Below, piece after piece: positions 19,792 to 30,634 of a DNA stretch of 64,000 nucleotides. Below the pieces are notes generated by a model. It was not told the DNA's origin and did no database searches. It saw only the letters and a list, made by a program, of their open reading frames with translations. The stretch's first letter is position 1; the number at the start of each line of letters is the position of its first letter. Origin of the DNA: an uncultured Brachyspira sp. (lineage in GTDB: Bacteria > Spirochaetota > JAAYUW01); assembly GCA_964581895.1 (NCBI GenBank), contig CAZOPR010000001.1:258489-322488 (forward strand), written 5' to 3'. Position numbers and translations under genes: made by a program.

Positions 19792-20478
19792 ATGAAAAAA
19801 TATCCATTTATATTTCAAAGACTATTTCCAAAAAATACTCCTTTGAATCTTATTTTACAGCATGTCGATTGTATTTATCAATCATCATTAGTTTTAAATG
19901 AACTTTTAATAAACTATTTCAATAATGGAGAAATCTCAAGATTTATAGAGCAGATATCATTTTTTGAAAGAAAAGCAGATACAATTAAAAATGAGCTTCG
20001 CCAATTGATTAGAAATTCTTTAAAGATATCATTTACCAGAGAAGATATACTTCAATTCATTCATATTCAGGATAATATAATGGATAGTATTGAAGATTTT
20101 GCAAAACTTCTCTTTTTAAATAGGATTTCATTTAAAATCGACGAGCAAGTTGAGAAGTTATTAAATAGTTTATGCGATGAAGTTGTAAATTCTATTAAAA
20201 ATTATAAGGAGATGGTAGATACATTTATTACAGGTTACAATTTTGGATTTGCAAAACCTATCTTTGATTTACAGAAAAAAAATATTGAAATGCTTGATGA
20301 TCTTGAGCATAAGATAGATACTTTATCTTTGGACCTTGGCAAAATCGCATTTTCTTTTAAGGATAAATACAACCCTTTAGATATAATTCATTTTAATAAT
20401 CTTGTGATTCTTTTATCAAAGATACCTAATTCTATTTCAAGGTTGACAGATAAAATTTTAGATTTCATGAATTACTAA
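19792..20478 (+). CDS. DUF47 (PhoU-like, TIGR00153) phosphate-transport regulator-like protein
   Basis: ..FPKNTPLNLILQHVD ... FFERKADTIKNELRQLI ... FTREDILQFIHIQDNIMDSIEDFA match the DUF47/YkaA family that accompanies PiT transporters. Confidence 0.65.
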   Translation: MKKYPFIFQRLFPKNTPLNLILQHVDCIYQSSLVLNELLINYFNNGEISRFIEQISFFERKADTIKNELRQLIRNSLKISFTREDILQFIHIQDNIMDSIEDFAKLLFLNRISFKIDEQVEKLLNSLCDEVVNSIKNYKEMVDTFITGYNFGFAKPIFDLQKKNIEMLDDLEHKIDTLSLDLGKIAFSFKDKYNPLDIIHFNNLVILLSKIPNSISRLTDKILDFMNY

Positions 20479-20549
20479 TTTTATTTATTTTTTATTGATG
20501 ATATTTTGTTTTTAATAAGTTTTTTATAATAATTTGTTTTTAAAATTTA

Positions 20550-21794
20550 TTGATGATGATTTATTTGATTATACTCCCTTTTATTTTAACTTTTTTTGTA
20601 TGTGTATTAAATGGTGTGAAAGATGGAACTTATCTATTTCTTCCAATTTTTAGTAATGAATCTGCATTTATTAAATATAAGAAAAACAAGTTTCTTCTTC
20701 TTCTTCCTTTTTTTGGAGAAGTTTTAGGTGCCACTTTTTTAGGTGAAATTGTATTAAAAAAAGTTCAATACGGATTTATAAACCCTTCTAATTTAAGCTT
20801 CAACCAGCTTTATATTTGTGTTATTGTTATATTAATGGTAACTTTAATAATTTATTTTATCTCTTCATTTTTAGCATTCCCCATCTCTTTAAGTCATACA
20901 ATCATTGGAGGTTTAATTGGTGCTGGTTTGTTTTTCAAATTAGATATTAATTTTAAGAATTTAATATCGACATCAATTATCTGGACAATAACTCCAATTC
21001 TAAGCTTGATTGCCGGTTTAATCATCTATAAAATAATCTTATATTTTTCATTAAAAAGTAAAAAAGTATTAAAAAGAATAAAGATTACTGGTTTTATCTA
21101 TATCCTCTTTATCTATATATTTTTTTTAATAATCTTTTTAAGTAAATCAAAATTAGCTTTTTATATACTTTTTCCCTTTTTTTCTTTATTGATTTTAATT
21201 TTTTCAAGTAGGATTTTATCAAAAAAAAGTTATAAAATAAAATATTCTTCAAATGATAATGATAACTTAAAAATTGAGTTTCAAAAAACCGAACAACTAT
21301 TTTCTGATCTTAGTTTTTTAATCTTACCAAATGTTTTTATTTCTCATGGAGCAAATGATGTGGCAAATTCAATAAGTCTTTTTTCATTGTTAGTTTTGTC
21401 TTTTTTTAAAAATAAAAATTTTGCAAATTTGAACTTTTATCTTCTATTAATTTTTAGTGTCATATTGTCTTTTTCAATTATAATATTTGGAAGTAAAAAA
21501 GCTGAAAAGCTTTCTATTAATATTTGTAAAATAGAATCTTCAAAGATTTTTACATCATATTTTTCTCTTGCAATTTCTACTATATTATTTTCTTTCCTTG
21601 GATATAGAGTATCATCTATTTATACTTTAACAGGCTCTTATATTGGAATAGGTTATGCAAAAGGATTTTCTATTTTTAATTCGAAGCTTCTTTTTACACT
21701 TTTAATATCCTGGTTTATCACTTTTGCTCTATCTATTTTACTATCATATTTTTTGTTTTATATTATTAAATATTCAGGTGTTTTTTTATGGTAA
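20550..21794 (+). CDS. inorganic phosphate transporter, PiT family
   Basis: Polytopic membrane protein with the PiT signature ISHGANDVANSISLFS and an N-terminal HTIIGGLIGAGL motif; classic DUF47-PiT gene pair. Confidence 0.7.
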   Translation: MMMIYLIILPFILTFFVCVLNGVKDGTYLFLPIFSNESAFIKYKKNKFLLLLPFFGEVLGATFLGEIVLKKVQYGFINPSNLSFNQLYICVIVILMVTLIIYFISSFLAFPISLSHTIIGGLIGAGLFFKLDINFKNLISTSIIWTITPILSLIAGLIIYKIILYFSLKSKKVLKRIKITGFIYILFIYIFFLIIFLSKSKLAFYILFPFFSLLILIFSSRILSKKSYKIKYSSNDNDNLKIEFQKTEQLFSDLSFLILPNVFISHGANDVANSISLFSLLVLSFFKNKNFANLNFYLLLIFSVILSFSIIIFGSKKAEKLSINICKIESSKIFTSYFSLAISTILFSFLGYRVSSIYTLTGSYIGIGYAKGFSIFNSKLLFTLLISWFITFALSILLSYFLFYIIKYSGVFLW

Positions 21795-22699
21795 TGCAAA
21801 ATTTAACTAAAAATATATCAAACTTTATTATCGAGTTAAAGAAAAAGGAAAAACAAGAAGAATCAGGTTTCTCATTTGCGGAAGGGAAAAATATTTTAGT
21901 TTCCTGTTTGCAAAAAAATATTCCTATAAAATATATTATACTTGATAAAGCCAAAAAAGAATTTTTTAAAGATATCTTAAAAAAAGTGGATAACTCAGTA
22001 ATATTTTGGACAGATGAACAAAATCTTTTAAGAATCTCCTCAACAAAAACCCCGTATTTTTGTATTACAGTATTTATGATTCCTGAAATAATTGATACTA
22101 TTGATGAAAAAACTATAGATAGCAAAAACTTCAGTTCCTTATTAAATGAAATAGAAAGCTACTTAAATAATGAAAAATTTATTTCTGGTTTTTTTCAAAT
22201 ATCTGATCCTGGAAATCTCGGAACTATTATTAGAACTTCTGTTGGATTTAATCAAACTAATATAATCTTGTTTGAACCTCATTGCGATCTATTTTCCCCA
22301 AAGGTTGTTAGAAGTACAAGCGGTGCGATTTTTAGCTTAAAAAAGGTAATAAATGTCTCTGAAAATTTGGAAGAAAAATTTTTAGCTAAAATTAAAAAAC
22401 TTGACTTAAAAATCGCATTTGCTGAAAGTTCATTTAAGGGAAGCGACTCAAAAGGAAATATAGATATACAAAAAGGAAATATCAATATAAAAGAAAATAT
22501 TATTAAACCTTTGCCAGTTTTAGTTTTATATGGAAATGAAGGGAAGGGAATTCCAGAAAAATTGCAAAATGTTAAAGATTATTCAATATCAATACCTCAA
22601 TCTAATGATATTGAAAGTTATAATCTATCTATTTCACACGCTATAATAACATATTCTTTATATCAGCAAACAATCAATAATACATTTACCAAATATTAA
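21788..22699 (+). CDS. TrmH/SpoU-family RNA 2'-O-methyltransferase (RlmB-like)
   Basis: SpoU motifs FFQISDPGNLGTIIRTSVGFN, VLVLYGNEGKGIPEKL and ISIPQSNDIESYNLSISHAII; overlaps the PiT stop by 7 nt. Confidence 0.7.
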   Translation: MVMQNLTKNISNFIIELKKKEKQEESGFSFAEGKNILVSCLQKNIPIKYIILDKAKKEFFKDILKKVDNSVIFWTDEQNLLRISSTKTPYFCITVFMIPEIIDTIDEKTIDSKNFSSLLNEIESYLNNEKFISGFFQISDPGNLGTIIRTSVGFNQTNIILFEPHCDLFSPKVVRSTSGAIFSLKKVINVSENLEEKFLAKIKKLDLKIAFAESSFKGSDSKGNIDIQKGNINIKENIIKPLPVLVLYGNEGKGIPEKLQNVKDYSISIPQSNDIESYNLSISHAIITYSLYQQTINNTFTKY

Positions 22700-22872
22700 A
22701 AAAAAAAATAAAAAGTTAAAAAAAAATATAATATTTGAGATTTGAAATTTACAAAATTTCTTTTTTCAGTAGTCCCATTAATTAAATAATCATAAGTAAA
22801 ATCTTAAAAAAGGTTAATTAAAATCTTTTTGATAAGATAAATTTTAAGGTTTGACTTTCCGATATAAAAAAT

Positions 22873-23310
22873 ATGGTGGCGGTCAATAAAGTAATATTCT
22901 CAGTTATATGTATATTCTTTATAATTTTCTATTTTTTTCTACTACCTTTACCAAAGGTTATAGTAAAATATGAAACTTATGTTCAAAAGCAGATTGCATT
23001 AAAATCTATTAAAGAAGAAAATTCTAAGATTGAACAATACATTGCTCAACTGGATAATAAAAATATAGATCCATTAAAATATATCTTAAATGAAAAATCA
23101 GAGAATGAGATTTATATTAAGTTTTTAGAGGGAAAAAAAGAAATACCAATATATAGTTTTAATGGAAAAGCAATATTATCTTTATTGTATTATCTTTTTG
23201 GTATTACCATCTTTTCAATAATTTTTATTAATTTAATAACTTCACAAGAGCAAGTATACAGACATTTGGGACAAAAAAAGAAAAGCAAATACTATCTTAA
23301 TCAAAATTGA
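22873..23310 (+). CDS. hypothetical small membrane protein (TM - coiled coil - TM)
   Basis: ORF with an N-terminal TM, a central heptad-like KIEQYIAQLDNKNID segment and a C-terminal TM; possibly FtsB/DivIC-like. Confidence 0.3.
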   Translation: MVAVNKVIFSVICIFFIIFYFFLLPLPKVIVKYETYVQKQIALKSIKEENSKIEQYIAQLDNKNIDPLKYILNEKSENEIYIKFLEGKKEIPIYSFNGKAILSLLYYLFGITIFSIIFINLITSQEQVYRHLGQKKKSKYYLNQN

Positions 23311-23360
23311 TAATTTACTTAAATAATCAAATCATTGAATATTAGTTTAAATATTAATTA

Positions 23361-24212
23361 CTAAATATTAATCAAAGAGATATATTTATTATCAGGGAAA
23401 CTTTTTATAGCAAAAGAATAAAGATTTTTTGCTTTATCTTTCATAGAATTTCGTATGCAGAACTTAATATATTCATAATAGAATCTTGAATTATCCCTTT
23501 CTTTGTTTTCTAAAATGTCAAAAGTTTCAATAGATTTTTGAATATTTCCCATTTGTTCATAGGTCAAAGCCTTTCCCAAATAGGCATAAAAATCATATTC
23601 AATATTAATTGCCCTTTCATAAAAAGCCAACGCTTTTTCATATTCTTTTAGCATTCTATAAGCATCCCCGATTCTTGTAAGGAAAATTTTATTTTCTGGT
23701 TCTATTTGAGCCAGTTGTAACCATATTTCGAGAGCTTTTGAATGTAAATTCATCCCTCTATAACAATCTGCAAGTCCGAAAAGAGCAAATACATTTTCTT
23801 TTTCAAGAGTAGTCGCAAGTTTATAAAATTTTTCAGCTTTAGAATAATCTTTTAAGTTTCTATGAATATTGCCAATAGCTGTTATAAGTCGGATATTCAT
23901 AGGATCATTGAACCAAGCTAACTTAAAATATTGAAGTGCTTCAGAAAAATGGTTTTTATTATAGTAAACAAAACCTAGACCAATAAGAAGATAAGAATTT
24001 TCAGGGAAAAGTAAAAGTCCTTTTTTATAGGCTTCTATTGATTTATTAAAATCTATTGATTCATAAAGTTCACCCAAAATGGAATATAAAACTGGATTCT
24101 CTTGATTTTTAGATAGTTCTTCCTCTGCCAATTTTATTGCTTCACTTATCCTGTTTTCTTTTACAAGATTATCAATCTCTGTTGTTATTGAATAAAATTG
24201 ATTTGTATCCAT
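23361..24212 (-). CDS. tetratricopeptide (TPR) repeat protein
   Basis: Seven-plus 34-residue repeats with the W-LG-Y / A-F / P TPR consensus (..AIEAYKKGLLLFPENSYLLIGLGFVYY.., ..ALEIWLQLAQIEPEN..). Confidence 0.8.
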   Translation of the reverse strand: MDTNQFYSITTEIDNLVKENRISEAIKLAEEELSKNQENPVLYSILGELYESIDFNKSIEAYKKGLLLFPENSYLLIGLGFVYYNKNHFSEALQYFKLAWFNDPMNIRLITAIGNIHRNLKDYSKAEKFYKLATTLEKENVFALFGLADCYRGMNLHSKALEIWLQLAQIEPENKIFLTRIGDAYRMLKEYEKALAFYERAINIEYDFYAYLGKALTYEQMGNIQKSIETFDILENKERDNSRFYYEYIKFCIRNSMKDKAKNLYSFAIKSFPDNKYISLINI

Positions 24213-24376
24213 TAGACCTTCTATAATATTAATTTATTATAAAAACCATTCGATTGCTAAAAAATAATAATATATAAAAAATTTTAATCAATATTGACCT
24301 TAAAAAATCCGAAATTATAATAAGTTAAGAAGATGAAAAAATGATTAACCTTTTTATTTATTCAGGAGGGAAATAG

Positions 24377-24781
24377 ATGAAAAAAATATTTTCAATACTT
24401 TTTTTATTTTTATTTGTTTTTACTTCAATAGTTTTCAGTCAAACAACAACATTGAAATCTTCTGATACTGTTGAAAATTTTATTTTTAGATTAAAACTTT
24501 GCCAGCTTTCAAGTTATGGTGCTAAAATAATATATTACTCTTATACCGGTTATCCTCAGATCTGCTATGTACCATTAAAGTTTATAAATGATATAGTCTT
24601 TATCAAAGTTGACCAAAATGTTCCTTATCCATTTATGCAGGTAATCATGTTAAATAAAAAGATTGTAAGAATTGTTGTTTATCTTACAAATATTATGGTA
24701 CCTGAATATTCAACAGCTGATTTATCAGATCATGATATTGAGATGATTCAAAAAACAACAGATATTACAATTTCTTTTTAA
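24377..24781 (+). CDS. hypothetical small secreted protein
   Basis: 134 aa with an N-terminal signal peptide (MKKIFSILFLFLFVFTSIVFSQ) and RBS GGAGGG 6 nt upstream. Confidence 0.4.
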   Translation: MKKIFSILFLFLFVFTSIVFSQTTTLKSSDTVENFIFRLKLCQLSSYGAKIIYYSYTGYPQICYVPLKFINDIVFIKVDQNVPYPFMQVIMLNKKIVRIVVYLTNIMVPEYSTADLSDHDIEMIQKTTDITISF

Positions 24782-24943
24782 GATAGTAGCTTTTTAGGTT
24801 TTTTGAAACAAAAAAATTAATATTTGACTATCAGATTTATTCAAAGCAGTTATCCATTTAATAAAAGTATTTATATATTTTTTAAAAAATATCATTCAAA
24901 AATATTTATAAATAAGTTTTCCATAAATTGTTTATGTGGTGTA

Positions 24944-25040
24944 AAATTTATCAATATTTAATTTAAACTTAAAATTTATCTATAAATCCTATCAGTACAT
25001 CTCTCAAACTTAAAATTTACCTATAAATTTTGTCAATATT
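24944..25040. repeat. imperfect direct repeats in helicase upstream region (candidate operator/promoter elements)
   Basis: AACTTAAAATTTATCTATAAAT (24966-24987) and AACTTAAAATTTACCTATAAAT (25007-25028) are 21/22 identical and 41 bp apart. They are flanked by AAATTTATCAATATT (24944-24958) and AAATTTTGTCAATATT (25025-25040). Confidence 0.5.
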
Positions 25041-25135
25041 GTAAAATAATAAGATTTTGCTATTCTTATCTACCTAATCAAATATTTTGACATTATGTAT
25101 TCATTTAGCCTTTATTTTAGCAGTTGGAGCAATTA

Positions 25136-27187
25136 ATGAATCTAGATCTGTTAATAAATCAATTGAATGATAAACAAAAAGAAGCTGTAGAAAGTTATGG
25201 CTTTCCAATTCTTGTTCTTGCACCTGCTGGCTCTGGAAAAACAAGAGTCATTACTTTTAAGATAATGTATTTAATAGAAAAAATAGGACTAAATCCATCT
25301 AAAATTGTTTCATTAACATTTACAAATAAAGCAGCCAATGAGATGAAATCAAGAATTATTGATCTTCTTCCTACTAAAGGCAAATCAATAGTTGCTTCCA
25401 CCTTTCATTCTTATTCTGTAAAACTTCTACGAAAATATAGCGGATTACTTGGTTATAAAGAAAATTTTTCAATCTACGATTTTGATGATTCTATAAGTGT
25501 AATAAACAGGATTAAAAAAGAATTAAAATTAGATATTGATTCAAATATTCTTCTTTATACTATTTCTTCTATCAAAAATTCTATAAATTCATTTGAGCAA
25601 TATAATAATTTAATAGAAGCAAATGAATTTAGTAATATCATAAAACAATACATTGAATACCTTAAAAGTCATAATGCAATGGATTTTGATGATTTATTAT
25701 TAAATCTATTTTTTCTATTGACAAATAAAGAAAAAGATTGCATTGACGCTTCAGAAAAAATAAGAGATAGTATTTCTTATCTTTTAGTTGATGAATATCA
25801 GGATACAAACAAATTGCAGTATTTAATAGTGAAAGAACTTCTTAAAAACAGAAGTAATCATAATAATGTTACCGTAGTAGGCGATGATGATCAAGGGATT
25901 TACTCTTTTAGGGGATCAACTATAGAAAATATCTTAAGATTTGAGAATGATTTTCCAGGTTGCAAAGTTATTTGTCTTGAAAAGAACTATAGAAGTTCTC
26001 AGATAATTTTACATGCAGCTAAAAATGTAATAAAAAATAATCAAAATAGAAAGAATAAGGAGATGAAGACAGACAACCCATATAAAGGAAAAATCACGAT
26101 ATTTGAAGCAAATAATCCACAACAAGAGGCTTTGTTTGTTTATGATAAAATTTATCAGCTTCTTTATAAGGATGGGATAAGGTATAAGGATATAGCAATA
26201 CTATATAGAAATAATCATCTTGCAAGAAGTTTTGAAGAGCTTTTTATCTTAAAAAATTTGAAGCATAAGGTCTGGGGGGGATACAATTTTTATGCCAGAG
26301 AAGAGATAAGAGATGTTTCTGCTTATTTATTTTCATTATTAAATCCATACGATGAAGTTTCACTTCTTAGGATAATAAATATCCCTAAAAGAGGCATAGG
26401 AACAAAACTTGTAGAAAAATTGGTAACACAATCAAAACAGAATGGTATCCATATATTTGATATTTTAAAAATAATTTCAAATGATAATGAATTTAAGGAA
26501 AGTGTTCTGGTTAATTTTTTTAATGAGAATGAAAGAGAAGCCTTAAAAAATTTTTATGAACTTTTTGCAAAATATAGACAGAAGATATTTCAAAAAGATA
26601 ATAGTTTTTCAGTAATTTTCAACGCTATGATTGAGGAGATTGGATATAAAGATTATCTTAAACTGCATAATGATGAAAAAACTTTTGATAATAAAATTGG
26701 CTATCTTGAAAGCTTTTTATCCTCTTTATATAACTATAGAGATGAAGATGACGAATCATCTTTTCAAAATCCATATAAGATAGCTGAAAGATTAAGACTT
26801 TTGATGAATAATGATATTGAAGAAAAAGAAGAAGATTGCATAAATTTGATGACTATACATAGTGCTAAAGGGCTTGAATTCAGGGTTGTTTTTATTGTAG
26901 GAGCAGAAAAAGGAATAATACCTTCAAGCAAGATTGTTGATATAAAAGAATTGGAAGAAGAAAGAAGACTTTTTTATGTTGCTATGACGAGGGCAAAAGA
27001 GTTTCTTTTTATCTCTTTTTGCAATGAAAGAAGTAAATTTGGGAAAAAATTTAATTGTTTTCCATCTGAATTTATTGAAGAAATACCTAATGAAGATATT
27101 ATTTATGATACAAAAAAAAATGATGCGACAGTCACAGCAAGTGATATCGCATCAATTAAAAATCTTTTATTAAATAAAAAGAAATAA
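25136..27187 (+). CDS. ATP-dependent DNA helicase, UvrD/PcrA/Rep family
   Basis: Motif I LAPAGSGKTRVITFKIMYL, motif Ia, II (LLVDEYQDTN), III (VGDDDQGIYSFRG), IV and V (LMTIHSAKGLEF), VI (LFYVAMTRAKE). GGAG 6 nt upstream favours ATG 25136; the listed start at 25124 is TTG. Confidence 0.9.
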   Translation: MNLDLLINQLNDKQKEAVESYGFPILVLAPAGSGKTRVITFKIMYLIEKIGLNPSKIVSLTFTNKAANEMKSRIIDLLPTKGKSIVASTFHSYSVKLLRKYSGLLGYKENFSIYDFDDSISVINRIKKELKLDIDSNILLYTISSIKNSINSFEQYNNLIEANEFSNIIKQYIEYLKSHNAMDFDDLLLNLFFLLTNKEKDCIDASEKIRDSISYLLVDEYQDTNKLQYLIVKELLKNRSNHNNVTVVGDDDQGIYSFRGSTIENILRFENDFPGCKVICLEKNYRSSQIILHAAKNVIKNNQNRKNKEMKTDNPYKGKITIFEANNPQQEALFVYDKIYQLLYKDGIRYKDIAILYRNNHLARSFEELFILKNLKHKVWGGYNFYAREEIRDVSAYLFSLLNPYDEVSLLRIINIPKRGIGTKLVEKLVTQSKQNGIHIFDILKIISNDNEFKESVLVNFFNENEREALKNFYELFAKYRQKIFQKDNSFSVIFNAMIEEIGYKDYLKLHNDEKTFDNKIGYLESFLSSLYNYRDEDDESSFQNPYKIAERLRLLMNNDIEEKEEDCINLMTIHSAKGLEFRVVFIVGAEKGIIPSSKIVDIKELEEERRLFYVAMTRAKEFLFISFCNERSKFGKKFNCFPSEFIEEIPNEDIIYDTKKNDATVTASDIASIKNLLLNKKK

Positions 27188-27212
27188 CTATAATACTTAA
27201 ATCAAAACTTCT

Positions 27213-28265
27213 TTAATACTTAAATTCTGGAAGGTAAGAGGCTCTTGCACAGGCATGGTAATGGCCATTACCTATATCCATAAGTTCAGGTTCAGGATTG
27301 TTTATACAATCTTCAGTTGCAAATAGACATCTTGTATGGAATCTACATCCTTTAGGAATTCTTGCTGCACTTGGAATTTCACCTTTAATCTGAATATCCT
27401 TCATTTTTTTTACTTTTCCAGGAAGTGGCTCACATACTGCATTTATAAGTACTCTTGTATATGGATGAATTGGATTATCTACAATTTCATCAGCAGGTCC
27501 AATTTCCACTATTCTACCAAGATACATTACTGCTATTCTATCTGCAAAATATCTTGCTGTTGAAAGGTCGTGCGTAATATAGATGTAAGTTAAACCAAAT
27601 TCCTTTTTTAAGTTATTCATCATAGCAAGTATTTCTGCTCTTGTTGAAAGGTCAATCATAGAAACAGGTTCATCAGCGACAATTAGTGATGGAGATAAAG
27701 TTATCCCTCTTGCTATGGAAACTCTTTGCCTTTGACCGCCAGAAAGCATATGAGGAAATCTTTCCATAAAATCTTCTGCTGGAGTTACTTTTACACTTTC
27801 TAAAAGTTGTTTTGAAACTTCATCTCTATATTTTCTTGAATTACCAATCCCATGTATCACAAGTGGTTCTTCAAGAACTTTTCTGATTCTGAATCTTGGA
27901 TTCATTGAAGCATAAGGATCTTGGAAGATCATCTGAACATTTTTCCTATAGTTTTTTAACTGTGTACCTTTTATATGTGCAACATCCATATCATTCATTA
28001 AGATTTTACCTTCTGTTGGTTCCAAAAGTCGCATTATTAATTTACCAGTTGTTGATTTTCCACAACCAGATTCTCCGATTATGCCAAAAGTTTCACCTTT
28101 ATATACTTCAAAGTTAATGCCATCAACAGCTTTGACATAATTTATCTCTTTTGCAAATAAGGTAGCTAAACCATGTTGCATCGGAAACCATTTTTTTAGG
28201 TTGATTACTTTTAATAAAACTTCTTTATTTTGTGAATTTGTCATATTAATACCTCCAGCAGGCAA
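27213..28265 (-). CDS. oppF: oligopeptide ABC transporter ATP-binding protein OppF
   Basis: Walker A GESGCGKSTTG, signature LSGGQRQRVSIARG, Walker B ADEPVSMIDLS, and the C-terminal Cys-rich oligopeptide_C region (..CRFHTRCLFATEDC..). Confidence 0.85.
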   Translation of the reverse strand: MPAGGINMTNSQNKEVLLKVINLKKWFPMQHGLATLFAKEINYVKAVDGINFEVYKGETFGIIGESGCGKSTTGKLIMRLLEPTEGKILMNDMDVAHIKGTQLKNYRKNVQMIFQDPYASMNPRFRIRKVLEEPLVIHGIGNSRKYRDEVSKQLLESVKVTPAEDFMERFPHMLSGGQRQRVSIARGITLSPSLIVADEPVSMIDLSTRAEILAMMNNLKKEFGLTYIYITHDLSTARYFADRIAVMYLGRIVEIGPADEIVDNPIHPYTRVLINAVCEPLPGKVKKMKDIQIKGEIPSAARIPKGCRFHTRCLFATEDCINNPEPELMDIGNGHYHACARASYLPEFKY

Positions 28266-29208
28266 GAGAGTGCCCTGCTTCTATTTCTTTTGTTACTGGT
28301 TCTTCTTCTTTACATTTATCCATATGAACATGGCATCTTTCATAGAATCTGCATCCTTTTGGAGGATCAATTAGATCTGGTGGAACTCCTGGAATAAAGG
28401 AAAGTTCATCTACTTTTTTATGTAAAAGAGGAGTAGCAGAAAGTAGTCTTTCCGTATATGGATGTAAGTTTTTTCTTCCATATATTTGTTCATTTGTACC
28501 AATCTCCATTACCTTTCCAGCATACATGACACATATTCTGTCAGCTATTTCAGCTTCAGTAGCAAGATCATGTGTTATAAAAATGGAGGAAATACTTAAA
28601 TTTTGTTTTAGTTCTTTTATTAAGTTCAAAATTTGAGCCTGGACAACGACATCAAGACCAGTTGTTGGCTCATCAAGTATGACAATTTTAGGCTCTAAAA
28701 AAAGTGCTGTAGCTATTACTACTCTCTGTTTCATGCCTCCAGAAAGTTCGTGGGGGTAACGGGTATAAACATCATCAGCAAGTCCTACAAGATTCAGATA
28801 CTTTATAATTTGTTTATATATAACTTCTTTTGGGGTATCTGGTCTATGCTGTAAATAGGTTTCTTCCATAAGTTCACCAACAGTATAAACAGGTGTTAAG
28901 CAGTTCATTGCACCCTGAAATACCATTGAAATTTTTTCCCAGCGAATTTTTTTTCTAAGTTCATGCTCAGAAAATTTTACAATATTTACACCATCTATAA
29001 TTATTTCACCTCCAGCTATTTTTCCAGGAGGTGAGGGCATACCAAGTAGTGCAAACCCTGTTGTCGTTTTTCCACAACCAGATTCACCTACAAGACCTAA
29101 AGTTTCACCTTCATTTAAGTCAAAAGAAACATCGTCAACTGCTTTAACAACGCCATTGCTGATGTAATAGTACAGTTTTAAATTATTTACTATAAGAGCT
29201 TTTTCCAT
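28246..29208 (-). CDS. oppD: oligopeptide ABC transporter ATP-binding protein OppD
   Basis: Walker [12 protein letters not shown], signature [12 protein letters not shown], Walker [11 protein letters not shown]-terminal [14 protein letters not shown]. Confidence 0.85.
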   Translation of the reverse strand: MEKALIVNNLKLYYYISNGVVKAVDDVSFDLNEGETLGLVGESGCGKTTTGFALLGMPSPPGKIAGGEIIIDGVNIVKFSEHELRKKIRWEKISMVFQGAMNCLTPVYTVGELMEETYLQHRPDTPKEVIYKQIIKYLNLVGLADDVYTRYPHELSGGMKQRVVIATALFLEPKIVILDEPTTGLDVVVQAQILNLIKELKQNLSISSIFITHDLATEAEIADRICVMYAGKVMEIGTNEQIYGRKNLHPYTERLLSATPLLHKKVDELSFIPGVPPDLIDPPKGCRFYERCHVHMDKCKEEEPVTKEIEAGHSLACWRY

Positions 29209-29233
29209 ATTTTTACCTTAATTGAATTTTTTA

Positions 29234-30634
29234 TTATCTTGTTCTAAGTTTTGGATGAAGTATTTTATCCATAGCCCATCCAACAAATACAAAACTACTT
29301 GCTAAAAGAGCCATGATAAGTCCAGGAGGGATGATCCACCACCAGAGGTTGTTTATAAATGCTCCACCAGTTTGAGCATCATGAAGAATTCCTCCCCATG
29401 TAACTATGGAAGGATCCCCAAGGCCAAGTAGACTTAGTCCAGCTTCAGTTAAGATAGCTCCAGGAACAGAAAAAGCCATATTTGCAAAAGTCAGAGGAAG
29501 AATAAGTGGCATTATGTGTCTGAATATGATCCTCCAGTGATTCGCTCCAAGTGCTTTTGAAGCTTCGACAAAAACTTCTTCTTTTAATTGTAAAGCAATG
29601 GCTCGAACAGTTCTAACAGAACCAGTCCAGCTAAATATACAAAGAAGAATTATCAATATCCAGATATTTATCTTAAAAACTGCAGAAATAGCTATCAATA
29701 TAGGTAACATTGGCATATTTATAAAAAATTCATAGATTCTATTCATTGCTGCATCAGTAAAACCTCCATAATATGCAGAAGCTACTCCCCAGAAAAGGCC
29801 AATAAATACTGAGATAACAGCTGTGAGTAACCCGATAAGCAATGCCCATTTGATACCAGCTATAACTCCAGAGAAGAGGTCTCTTTTTAAGCTATCTGTT
29901 CCTAAAAGACCAGAAACTTTTCCAGTTATTACAGTGTATGGATTTTCAAAATTGGCAGCGGAATCCAAAAATATTACTCTTGCAATAATTTGATAATGAC
30001 CTTTAAGGGGAACTGGATTAGTTAAAATACCTTTCTTTTTTTCACCAAAAACAACATTCATGGCTTTTAAGTCATTTGGATCTATAGTTAGTAGAGTTTG
30101 TTCATCTTCAACTACCTTACCAAAATCATAAGCAATTCTTCTTGCTTCTGTATTTGCAGTAACTCTTATATTTTCACCAGAAAAATTTTGTGCAGCACGA
30201 TAGATCTCCAACTTTTCACCATCAGGTCTTTCAAGAAAAATTTGAATACCTAAAAATCCATTTGCATCAGCATGGACGATAATATTTTGAGGAGCTTCTG
30301 AATAGTTGAATTTATAATCAAAAATGTATGATTTTACAGGTATTCCATTCATATCTTCTTCTTCTATTTTACTATCGAAGATGAATTTTGTTACTGGTTT
30401 TTTATCTTTAGAAAAAAGCTGTGTCCAAACTGGTGCTGCATTTGCAGGGTTATCCTGCCAGTATGTAATATTTCTCCATTGAGTATTTGTATCCTTATAG
30501 ACCAAAATGTATGGTTCTATAATCATAAGGACAAGAAATAATAAAATTATTGCAACCCCTACTAAACCTGTTTTGACTTTTACAAAATCCTTAAAAAAAT
30601 CTAAAATTTCTGAAAATATTTCTTTTATTTTCAT
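29234..30634 (-). CDS. oppC: oligopeptide ABC transporter permease OppC with ~250 aa N-terminal periplasmic extension
   Basis: The C-terminal half is a typical OppC/DppC permease with EAA-like loop ..VEASKALGANHWRIIFRHIMPLIL. The N-terminal half has one TM then a long periplasmic segment. Confidence 0.8.
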   Translation of the reverse strand: MKIKEIFSEILDFFKDFVKVKTGLVGVAIILLFLVLMIIEPYILVYKDTNTQWRNITYWQDNPANAAPVWTQLFSKDKKPVTKFIFDSKIEEEDMNGIPVKSYIFDYKFNYSEAPQNIIVHADANGFLGIQIFLERPDGEKLEIYRAAQNFSGENIRVTANTEARRIAYDFGKVVEDEQTLLTIDPNDLKAMNVVFGEKKKGILTNPVPLKGHYQIIARVIFLDSAANFENPYTVITGKVSGLLGTDSLKRDLFSGVIAGIKWALLIGLLTAVISVFIGLFWGVASAYYGGFTDAAMNRIYEFFINMPMLPILIAISAVFKINIWILIILLCIFSWTGSVRTVRAIALQLKEEVFVEASKALGANHWRIIFRHIMPLILPLTFANMAFSVPGAILTEAGLSLLGLGDPSIVTWGGILHDAQTGGAFINNLWWWIIPPGLIMALLASSFVFVGWAMDKILHPKLRTR

